NCBI GenBank assembly: GCA_040954595.2
Contig: CM082587.2
Location: forward strand, 5,877,605-5,941,604
DNA length: 64,000 nt
Direction: 5' to 3'
Source of the DNA: Balanoglossus misakiensis
Taxonomy: Eukaryota > Animalia > Hemichordata
Below are positions 1-8,481 of the stretch, piece by piece; position 1 is the stretch's first letter, and each line of letters starts with the position of its first letter. Made by a program: the position numbers and the translations under genes. The notes beneath the pieces are model-generated. The model had not been told where the DNA came from. It saw only the letters and a program-made list of their open reading frames with translations, and searched no databases.

Positions 1-119
1 TCCGGTAGAGAGCCTTCTGGGTTGACCGTGCAACTGAATGGAGTGAGTTGCTAGTGCTTTCGCAAGATCTGACAAAAATAACAGGTTTGTTGTAACACTC
101 TGTCGACAGCATTGATAAA

Positions 120-192
120 ATGATAGCCTTCGCTCACATGGTGATGTTCTTTCTCTCTAAAACGTGGAGTTATCTGACACAGGCCAAAGATG
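120..192 (+). CDS. EXD3: EXD3 putative exon 1 (MIAFAHMVMFFLSKTWSYLTQAKD); may instead be 5' UTR
   Basis: Strong donor GTAAGT at 193. ATG at 120 follows an in-frame TAA at 93 and joins in phase 1 to the acceptor ttttag at 644. Alternative start is ATG 680 (gtcATGG context). Confidence 0.45.
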
Positions 193-3100
193 GTAAGTAG
201 AATATCCGACGCGCCCCGCCCCCGGATGTGATTGAAGTTTACAGGTGTCACCATGGAGCCCCCCTCAAGCTCGAAAGTATTAAATGCGCGGTGTTGTGTT
301 TTTGCCGTCGATATTTATCACTCGACGCAGGTGTACCGTGACGAATGCAGTCAGTGTGATCATGAATTTTCACGTTAATGGTGTGGTCTTAGCTGCAATA
401 TTGTAGCCTTCGTGGGATGGTGGTGGTGGGGGGGGGGGGGGGGGATGTGGAACTTTAGTGGGTGACCCAACCAACCCACCAAGGCTACAGTTATTGCAGC
501 TAGTGTGCCCCAAACCAACACATTCTCCAATGTACCCCCTCTCAAACCAACTCAGCCCAGATCATCTGCCCAAATTTATCACATATTCAATTCTGTACAA
601 AAGTTTCTCAGAACACAACAAAACTTTTCTTCTAAAACTTTTAGATAGAAATGTCGAAGTAGAGGAATGTGGTGTTGTCATGGAAACAAATGAGAGCTTC
701 AGTCAAGGGAGTGCAAGAGACGATCCTCTGATGAGCCAACCAACAAAACACGCAGAGAGTACAACCTCAGTCTCGCCAGAGTTTCTGCATCAACTTGAGG
801 CCAGGCAAGTGGAAAGAATCGAACAAACCGCCTCGCTACAGGCCAAGTCCACGAGACCCAGTGACGGGACACCTGTGGTGCATTCTGCGAGCACCGATGG
901 GGCAACGATGCAAGACGAGGAATTCAGAAAAGAGCGCTGTCTGGAGAAGATGCAGACAGCGTGGAGCAAGACAGATCGGACAATGGTTGCATCTCTTCTG
1001 GCGGAAGGTCTCAGGAACGCTGAAAACCCGTTTAGCTTTGTCTTGTACCTGGTGCAGAACAGCGGTGATGTCACGGGTAATAAGAAGAAAGCAGACTGCC
1101 TGGCACTGGTCGTCATCAAGGAATTCGATATGTGGCTTCACAGACATGGGAAAGAATTACAGGTATGCAAGCCAGGCCCAGTTAAGGTAGAATGGAACTT
1201 GAAAAACCTATTGTCATTGTGCTTGATTAATTCAAGGTCAGGAAGTTTTAAAAACATTCTCACTTGACACAGTATTTATCCCCTATGAGGCCAGGGAACT
1301 TGTCCAGATCTGCTATGGACTCTCGCTGCTGATAACAAGTTGTTGTACATTCAATACTCAGAAAGCCAATATTCTTTTAACACCGGACACCAAGCTTCAA
1401 GCCCTGAACGTCGGAAGTCGACTCCACCCAAGCATATTTGAGAGCATCGTAAAAATTTACAAATTGGCCGAGGAAGGAAATGAATTCCTCTTGCCATATG
1501 TGAACAAGTTGCTCAGAAAACACCTTTATAAGGAGGTAAGTGTGATCGAGTTCAGATTGGATCTTTGTTATTGTGACTGCAGAATGCCAAGGTGATTGCG
1601 CAATGCGTGATTTGAGGCACATGAATATTCACCATTGATAATTAGTCATCATCATCATCATTGTTGTCATCTTTATCAGGTGATGATGATGGTGATGTCG
1701 ATAATGATGGTGATGATGATAATGATGATTATGATAATGATGGTGATGATGATGATGACTACGATGATGATGATAAAGATGATGATGATGATGGCTATGA
1801 TGATGATGATTATGATGACAATGATGATCATGATTATGATGACAATGATGATGATGATGATGACGAGGACAACAACGACAATGATTGTTAAATGCCACTG
1901 CTGTGTCATTCTTGTAGAAGTTATAAACGTTCTTCTGCCTTTCCTTTCATTACACAGACGGCGAATTGTGTGGCGAAGTTGAATTTACAACACTGTTTCT
2001 CACTGAAAGAGGTACGTCATCGACAGGATGGTTTTAATATATTTTTTATTTGATTGATATTTAGACAAATTGGGGTCAGTGATTCCAGTGTACAAATCTC
2101 AATTTTTTGTCTCACCCAGATCGTGCTGCCCCTGATCTACCAAGACAAGGCCAATCTGGCCGAACGCTATTTACATGGCTGTAAGGATCTGCAGCTCTCC
2201 CTGGTTAAGGTGCTGGACACCTACTGCGAAAAAGGTTTTGACATGGATAAAGTTCTCGAGTAAGTATTCTTATCTGTGCCAGCAAAAAAATTGGGGTCAA
2301 AATCACAGACTGGTACCAGAAGTATATATGATGAAAAAATCTGTGTGTGGCTAATATTTGATGTGGGTGAATTTTTTTAAAAACTACAAAAATCAGTTTG
2401 ATGATGAGATGTATATAGCGGTCCGTATTTTAAGAGTGGCCAGAAATTTGGAATTATGGTGATCATTCAAAATTAAAAATGGTGTCAACATGATATTATA
2501 TGACCACTAAATTTAATTTTGTCCAATTGCGACCTGGCAATTCCCAATGTGGTCATCAACATTCGTATCGTGTGACGACACATCACAGAATGTGAGCGAG
2601 ACATAACATTTATTTTTTATCTTCCCACCAGAGAAGCAGGCATTCCGGGAGTCCGGAAAGAGAAGCTCCGGGCTCGCTTCATCTCCAAGCTGGTTGGCAG
2701 GATGATCAAAACGTACAAGATCGACCCGGCTCTCTGCCCCAATGTCATGAGAATGAAGAGTATGGCAGGGGTCAGGTTTCTACTGTACAAAAAATACATT
2801 GAGGTAGGCAGAAAAGTGTTCTTTTTTCTCTGCGTAGGATATGGTTGAGAGACTTGTTCACCCCCAGTTTCTCTTTCGAGAGGTCCAACTCTCCCATAGA
2901 AAACAGTGGATTCTGACCAAACCATGCTGTTGAAAGGGGGTTCAAGAAATACTGCGTGTCGGTACACACACTCCAACATTGTGGTGATCTCTGCAGCTGA
3001 TACAAGTTTCCTGTGTGGCGTCACTCATTTGACTGTATCCCCGTTTCTTTATCTGTTTTTTACCAGAAAACCATGGTCTCAGAAAGCTGGGATGAGCTCA

Positions 3101-6100
3101 TGGAGAACGCGGTCAGCGACAACGAATGGCTCCAGGAACAGCTGATCGACCACCTGGTGACGTACAACGACATCAACGCAGCCGCCAGGTGGGCCAAGCA
3201 TTTCAACGTCCCCACGGAACGTCTCAATGGCACCGTCGTCGGGGCGATGGCGGCAATGGAGGACACAAGGTCAGAGGGCACCCCTAACTTTGATGTATTT
3301 CCAAAATGGTTTTCTATCATGTTGCTATCATACTTTCATCCCCATTTCCTGTGTATAGGTTTAACTTTGCTATAGAAAATATGAGATTTGGAACTGCCAT
3401 AAAATCAGTTTTATCATTCTTTTGTGCACTACCTATGCTACGTGTAGGTACAAACAGAAAGCAATTTAACCCTTTCACCACCATGGTGTGGTCCAAATCT
3501 ATTGTTTTCAGTGGTAAAGTTGGACCTCTAGGGAAACTGAGGTGAAAGAATTAATTGTCATTTTTTGGATCAGGTTGCAATCCACCACAAAGCACACCTC
3601 AATTTCCTCTGTCTATTATTCATTTCCATAGCAACGAATCACTGGATGACACCACAGACAGCTGGACAGACGAGGCCCAATCAAGTGACTTCTACCAACT
3701 CAGCGTTCCCGTGGAAAGTATCGAGATCATTGACAGTGAGGAGGATCTTCGTAGGTGCGCAGAAATCCTGTTCAAGGTAATAACCATGTAATGGCTTCGT
3801 CATTATACAAGCAAATTGAAAAATGTAGCCTTGCGACATTTTTACATAACCACAGCTGTTCTTGTGAGAGTTTGATCAATATAGATGAGTATAGACATTT
3901 CATCGAGCTTCATATGGCTTATCATAGTCTTTATCTTTTATATAAAAGGAATACATGTAGTGTTAAAATTTAGCTTTTTCAGTATGTACGGTGCTTAAAA
4001 AAACTTTTTCTCCCTCGTTCCTGTTTCAGCCTGACACTGTTATTGGCATCGACTCAGAGTGGAGACCAGCCTTTGGTCCTGTCAAAAAACCTGTGAAGTA
4101 AGTCCAATAAATGTGTAACTGAATTATTCATGTTCTCTCAAATGTCAAATCAGAGGTCAGCTTGTACAGATACATTTCTGAAAGAAGTGTTCTGATTGGC
4201 TAGTGAATTCATGTACTCTCAAATGTCCAATCAGAGGTCAGCTTATACAGATACATTTCTGAAAGAAGCATTATGATTGGCTAGATAACTCCACCACTCG
4301 TTTGTATTCTCCCCTGCAGTGTGAGCTTGTTGCAGCTCGCAACTCACGATAAAGTGTTCATTCTGGACATGATCACCTTGTCAGACGTAGTGGATGAATC
4401 CATCATGGCGGAGTTTGTCAAGCATCTCTTCACTTCAACAGACGTGCTGAAATTAGGTAAGACAGTGCAGCTATATCAGTGAACATTGCTTTCTTGATAT
4501 TTACCGTTTGCGGGAGTTGATGCTTGTTCTTTACCTCCGTCACCAGACATCATGTTCTGACATTTTGCAGGGTATGGCATTGATGGCGACATCAAGATGC
4601 TTTTCAAATCTTACGGAGGATCGAAGGACCTCTCTTCACAGTTGAAAAGAGTAGTGGACATTGGAACGCTTGTGAAGGATGTAAGTTTGCTTCTATTTAA
4701 ATTTAACTATGAGTAGAAAAGTATTCTTGTGGTACAATAGCTGTGATAATGTCAGAACTCAAAGTGAAAAACATAATGTGGGGAAAAATCATTTATGTTT
4801 TGCTTTTATTTTGTTCACATGAAAGTCTCTTTTCCCCTAATAATGTGAAATCTATAACCAAAATGATACCATTTCTTTTCCCCAGTTCTGATTGTTTTAA
4901 TTTGTTAAATTACAAAGATATCACTCAACTTATTTGTCATTAATCGCTTTTTCAGATTCAAAAAGTGACTCCAGACTTGCTTCAGCACGAAGAAGAGTCC
5001 GATCTCGATGACGAAGACAAGAAACCCGTCAAGAAAAGTGAGAAGAGTAAAGGTCTGAGCGAGCTCGTCAGGATGTGTCTGGGCAAACCACTGAATAAAG
5101 TTGAGAGACTGTCGGACTGGGAGAGAAGGCCTCTCCGACAGGCTCAACTCCACTATGCAGGTAGGAGAAAATTGTGGGGGAAAAAAGAGTTAATTTCTGT
5201 ATTCATTTGATTATACAATCAAAATTGTCTATAGTGGCCAGTCAAGGGACTTTCCTAAACTGGCCTTTATAGACAGGTCAATTCCACTTTCAATCCGTCT
5301 GCCCTCGACAGCCCTAGATGCCCACTGCCTGGTGGAAATCTACCAGCTCATCAAACAGAAGACAGCCGAGGCCGGCGTTGATGTCAATCTGGAACCGCCG
5401 CTGCCCGCGAAAAAAGAGCGCAAGTCGAAGAAGAACAAGACTGATGGTGGTGGCCATGGCAACGGGAGGGGAGGAGAGGCTGCAGCTGACAAAGAAACCT
5501 CTGAAGAAACTGAGGTGAGATTGACAAAAAATTGAATTGTTTTTTGGGCTACTGATGACATGGCCTGAAGGGAATTTCCTCCTGATGATAAACGTGGATA
5601 CTTTATTTTATTATTCAACCCAGAGACCAATCTCTTTGTGCACGGACGCCACGGACTCCCCCGTCCCTGCCAGCGAATTTTCCGTCGTGTGCGACACCAT
5701 GTTACAGGGACTAGGCAGACAGCTGAGGTGCTGTGGCATCGATGTCCGCATTCTGGATAATTCAGAAGACCACGACGAAGCGGTCAAGGTGGGATTATTA
5801 TTTTTAGTCTGCAATTTTTTTTATCTCAATCGTTCTGTAGGACGTGCACTTTAATAGAAATCGAGTGAACCTACATGTATACGAATCACAGTTCTGACGG
5901 GCATTTTATGTTTTGTTCCAGATTGCATTGAAGGAAAAGAGGGTGATTCTTACAGCTGGGGCTCCCTATCACACTGTAAGTTATTGTGTATGGCTGAGTT
6001 TGTTTGTGCATGCATTTGTTCCACTTGTTTTCAAAATGTGGTCTAGAGGATGGGTGTCACCCTGATAGATTTCATCTGAAGATGTAGTATAGCGCCATCA

Positions 6101-7835
6101 GTGGCAATATATGATTATGAATTCATATGTAGCATAGAGATTGACAAGTCCATTTGATTCCACTGGTATGTAATTTCACAGTATATTACATGTACTGTAC
6201 TACTTACCGGTAACTAGTATTTTCATTGGAATCCCTTTCTAACTTGCCCCTGTAGCTGAAGTCACAGGTTGCGGAGGGTATGTGTTACAACGTCCAAGGT
6301 TGCAAAGCGAAGGACCAGGTCTTGGAGGTCTTGCAGAAGTTCAACGTGCTAGTCAAACCCAACGATATCTTCAGCAGGTGTCAGGTATGTCACTGGTATT
6401 GGTTTCACCCGTTCACCACCATGGTTCAGTCCAAACCCATTGTTTTCTATGGTACGGTTGGACCTCAAAAGAGGGAACTGGGGGTGAAAGGGTTAAGTCT
6501 TGAATGTATGATTTCACGCAAGATGTGAAATTTTTTATCTCAAGTTGCGTCTCTGTACCACACACTCACCACGCGCAAAAAGAACCTTTGTTCAAAAGAG
6601 GTTCGTTCCTTCTTCTTTTCTTCGCAGAAAGTTATTTTCCGCAGGTGTTATCGATGGCAGAGAGTTCGGTTTGGGGGACTTGTCTTTGGACTTTGGAACT
6701 TACACACATCGCTGTCAGTAGCTGAGATAACCGCTGCAAGGCGCACATAGTACGTGTTGGCCACCACCAACTTGTAGTTTTTGGCAAATCTCTTCTTCCA
6801 AAGAAATGTCTGATATTTTGGTAGTAACGTCGAAATGTAATCTTAAAGGGGCAAAGTCACTCACTTTAGACATTATTCTGATTGTTTAAGTGTTTTTTGG
6901 TCCTGTTCTGGTCATAAACTCCATGTCCCACCCAGGTCCCCCGAACTCAATTCTCTGTTGTCACGTGAATTTTCTTGTTACTTATGAATGCAAATTTTAT
7001 TTTAAACTTTCACCGACCTTTGACCTGACAGGTTTGTAACGGCAGGCGGTATATTTGCGTTCCTGTGGAGATGATGAGAAATGCCGTGGAAGAGAGAGCA
7101 AAATGGAAAGCTGATGAAGAGGCGATCGCCGGAGGGATTCCGGCCGTGGCCACGGTAGACGTGATCGACGGCACGAACAAAGAGTACGCACTCTCGCCAA
7201 ATATGGACGGAGAGGTCAGAGGTGAGGAGGTTGAAGGTCAAGGTGCAGTAGTCGGAGAGGATGGGGTAGGGGTTTATGAAAGTGGGATCCACACCGGCCC
7301 CGGCTGTCTCTCTACCGAAACTGCGGCAGAGAGCGAAGGTGCACGTGAGAAACAGTCGCTAGGGAGAAATGACAAAGATCCGGTCGTCACGGTAACAGAT
7401 GAGGCCGGAACGGAGCAGGAAGCGTCGGATGCAATACCTATAGAAGTGACCTACGGCATCATTCAGTCACTTCTGCCAGATTTCGCGGAAGGCGTCTCGG
7501 AGGACGACGACGTTACCACTGGTGAGTTTGTAGCTGCGGACAGACCGGCCAGACAGTCGTACAATCCCGCGACCTCCACCGACGTAACGAGGACCCACAT
7601 CAACACAGCAACATGGACGTTGGAGAACGGTGTCCCCATCCAGCTAGAGACAGTGCCGGTCGGCGTCCTGGGCAACGTCGACTTGTTCTACGTTTGCGGC
7701 CAGTGCGGGAAAGTCTTCTGGGAAGGCAAGCACTACCAACGTGTCTTCCAACAGTTCTCGCACGTGCTCAATCAGGAAGAGTCTTCCGCAGCGGAAAACT
7801 CAAACAGCGCTCCGAATTTGGAGTGTGAATCGTGA
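120..7835 (+). CDS. EXD3: Exonuclease mut-7 homolog (EXD3), whole spliced gene model, 17 coding exons
   Basis: Hand-spliced join(120-192,645-1162,1362-1535,1958-2011,2120-2259,2632-2803,3067-3269,3632-3776,4030-4097,4320-4456,4571-4680,4956-5160,5312-5514,5624-5788,5922-5975,6256-6384,7032-7835). All introns are GT-AG with compatible phases; 3354 nt including stop. Contains DEDDy ExoI (IGIDSEW), ExoII (KLGYGIDGD) and ExoIII (SDWERRPL...YAALDA) motifs, and Mut7-C motifs (VVCDTMLQGLGRQLRCCGID; FSRCQVCN ... FYVCGQCGKVFWEGKH). N-terminal segments PALCPN and WLQEQL recall human EXD3. Confidence 0.93.
645..1162 (+). CDS. EXD3: EXD3 exon 2 (..METNESF...LHRHGKELQ)
   Basis: Part of ORF 458..1267; pyrimidine tract and AG at 643-644; donor CAG|GTATGC at 1163. 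Confidence 0.85.
1362..1535 (+). CDS. EXD3: EXD3 exon 3 (KANILLTPDTKLQAL...KHLYKE)
   Basis: ctcag acceptor, GAG|GTAAGT donor, 174 nt open, phase 0/0. Confidence 0.85.
1645..1888. repeat. Imperfect (CAT)n/(GAT)n trinucleotide microsatellite in EXD3 intron 3
   Basis: Visible gat-gat-gat tract; it explains the spurious poly-His/Met/Asp/Ile ORFs. Confidence 0.95.
1958..2011 (+). CDS. EXD3: EXD3 exon 4 (TANCVAKLNLQHCFSLKE)
   Basis: Pyrimidine tract plus cag acceptor, GAG|GTACGT donor, 54 nt, phase 0/0. Confidence 0.85.
2120..2259 (+). CDS. EXD3: EXD3 exon 5 (IVLPLIYQDKANLAERYL...DKVL)
   Basis: ccag acceptor, GA|GTAAGT donor, phase 0/2; lies within ORF 2054..2263. Confidence 0.9.
2632..2803 (+). 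CDS. EXD3: EXD3 exon 6 (EAGIPGVRKEKL...DPALCPN...KKYIE)
   Basis: ccag acceptor, GAG|GTAGGC donor, phase 2/0. Confidence 0.9.
2852..2945 (-). mobile_element. ~90-bp TTAA-type MITE, copy A (degenerate, reverse orientation)
   Basis: Reverse complement matches copies at 3466 and 6404 (ccatggt..gtcc..a..attgttttc..tgg..agttggacct...gaaactg.gggtgaa). Confidence 0.7.
3067..3269 (+). CDS. EXD3: EXD3 exon 7 (KTMVSESWDELM...WLQEQLIDHL...AMEDT)
   Basis: taccag acceptor, AG|GTCAGA donor, phase 0/2; within ORF 3013..3375. Confidence 0.9.
3466..3554 (+). mobile_element. ~90-bp piggyBac-like MITE, copy B
   Basis: TTAA|CCCTTTCACC ... GGTGAAAGAA|TTAA; TTAA on both sides with CCC-starting short TIRs. Confidence 0.75.
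3632..3776 (+). CDS. EXD3: EXD3 exon 8 (NESLDD...FYQLSVP...EILFK)
   Basis: catag acceptor, AAG|GTAATA donor, phase 2/0. Confidence 0.9.
4030..4097 (+). CDS. EXD3: EXD3 exon 9, ExoI motif (PDTVIGIDSEWRPAF)
   Basis: tttcag acceptor, AA|GTAAGT donor; D-x-E catalytic pair of DEDD exonucleases. Confidence 0.93.
4126..4284. repeat. Tandem duplication, 2 x ~81 bp, in EXD3 intron 9
   Basis: attcatgt.ctctcaaatgtc.aatcagaggtcagctt.tacagatacatttctgaaagaag..tt.tgattggctag occurs twice, period 81. Confidence 0.9.
4320..4456 (+). CDS. EXD3: EXD3 exon 10 (VSLLQLATHDKVFILD...DVLKL)
   Basis: ctgcag acceptor, G|GTAAGA donor; LLQLA motif typical of WRN/RNase D-type exonucleases. Confidence 0.93.
4571..4680 (+). 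CDS. EXD3: EXD3 exon 11, ExoII (GYGIDGDIKML...VVDIGTLVKD)
   Basis: ttttgcag acceptor, GAT|GTAAGT donor, phase 1/0. Confidence 0.92.
4956..5160 (+). CDS. EXD3: EXD3 exon 12 (...KGLSELVRMCLGKPLNKVERLSDWERRPLRQAQLHYA)
   Basis: tttcag acceptor, G|GTAGGA donor; GLS.L....LG..L.K and SDW..RPL motifs. Confidence 0.95.
5212..5280. mobile_element. Possible short Tc1/mariner-type MITE remnant or hairpin in EXD3 intron 12
   Basis: Starts TA-CAATCAAAATTGTCTATAG; imperfect inverted repeat tgtctatagtggccagt / actggcctttatagaca. Confidence 0.35.
5312..5514 (+). CDS. EXD3: EXD3 exon 13, ExoIII (ALDAHCLVEIY) plus basic linker KKERKSKKNK
   Basis: gacag acceptor, GAG|GTGAGA donor, phase 1/0; completes YAALDA. 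Confidence 0.92.
5624..5788 (+). CDS. EXD3: EXD3 exon 14, start of Mut7-C (FSVVCDTMLQGLGRQLRCCGIDV)
   Basis: cccag acceptor, AAG|GTGGGA donor; hallmark Mut7-C D.ML..L.R.LR..G.D motif. Confidence 0.93.
5922..5975 (+). CDS. EXD3: EXD3 exon 15 (IALKEKRVILTAGAPYHT)
   Basis: ttccag acceptor, ACT|GTAAGT donor, 54 nt; A..E.R.ILT motif of Mut7-C. Confidence 0.92.
6256..6384 (+). CDS. EXD3: EXD3 exon 16 (LKSQVAEGMCY...DIFSRCQ)
   Basis: tgtag acceptor, CAG|GTATGT donor, phase 0/0. Confidence 0.92.
6404..6496 (+). mobile_element. ~90-bp piggyBac-like MITE, copy C
   Basis: ttca|CCCGTTCACC ... GGTGAAAGGG|TTAA; body similar to copy B. Confidence 0.75.
7032..7835 (+). CDS. EXD3: EXD3 terminal exon 17 (VCNGRRY...acidic insert...FYVCGQCGKVFWEGKHY...LECES*)
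   Basis: gacag acceptor; in frame with ORF 7065..7835; second CxxC of the Mut7-C zinc ribbon at 7695; TGA stop. Confidence 0.92.
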   Translation, partial: VCNGRRYICVPVEMMRNAVEERAKWKADEEAIAGGIPAVATVDVIDGTNKEYALSPNMDGEVRGEEVEGQGAVVGEDGVGVYESGIHTGPGCLSTETAAESEGAREKQSLGRNDKDPVVTVTDEAGTEQEASDAIPIEVTYGIIQSLLPDFAEGVSEDDDVTTGEFVAADRPARQSYNPATSTDVTRTHINTATWTLENGVPIQLETVPVGVLGNVDLFYVCGQCGKVFWEGKHYQRVFQQFSHVLNQEESSAAENSNSAPNLECES

Positions 7836-8475
7836 AAGAGAAATGAAAACAAACAACAAGGGCATTCTTTCATTCAGTATGCAATTACCGTAGAAATAGA
7901 AATTTTCCTCCCTAGGTGATGGATGGATGTCACAACTTACAATTGAAATGTTTCACTGAGCAGATCTACCACACATGAAATAAGGTAAAGAAACGACTAA
8001 TTTTAATGAAAATAATTTTTTAAAAGTATCAAGCAATTTCTTTTATTTTCACTGACCCCTGTAAATGGCACAAAAATCCCCATTTCTCCCACTGTGTGAG
8101 TAGCATTGAAGAAAACGCAAAATAGCGTATTCTGCAGCGTAGCTCTCTTGATAATAATGACAAGACAATGGACAATTAAAGTCAAGTATTTAATTTGCAG
8201 AGGGACTGAAGGAGGGGGCGGGGGACAGATGGTGAGGCGAGAATGATGAGCGCTACGGAGATAGTGTGTGAGAAATATAGAGAGCCCACATAATCCAGTC
8301 GTTTTAATAGACTGCGATATCTGATTTCCCACACATTATCTTGTGAAGTGGAGCCCCATATTTATGGTCGGTTGTAAACATGAGTCAACCCGCATGTCAC
8401 TGCTAACTGCGGCGAGCAATTATCTCCTAGTGCACTTCGCCAGTCAGTCCCCCCCAAATCTGACCTTGATATCGC

Positions 8476-8481
8476 AATAAA
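8476..8481 (+). other. Candidate EXD3 polyadenylation signal (AATAAA)
   Basis: First canonical AATAAA I found downstream of the stop codon; an ATTAAA lies near 8175. Confidence 0.3.

Noticed and set aside
458-644. N-terminal part of ORF 458..1267
   Set aside because: Starts at GTG next to a poly-G run and precedes a clear splice acceptor at 644; interpreted as intron read-through.
1629-1982. Poly-His, poly-Met, poly-Asp and poly-Ile ORFs
   Set aside because: Translations of an intronic (GAT)n microsatellite; EXD3 exons 3 and 4 splice in frame around it.
6089-6107. CTCF-like motifs at ~6090 and in the 46-bp duplication at ~48055
   Set aside because: The first lacks a core base (CCACT-GATGGCGC) and the second mismatches the conserved GGC.
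8267-8333. TGTGAGAA ... TTCCCACA as a paired (SPS) site
   Set aside because: Orientation is right but the spacer is 51 bp, outside the 15-17 bp needed; counted as two single sites.
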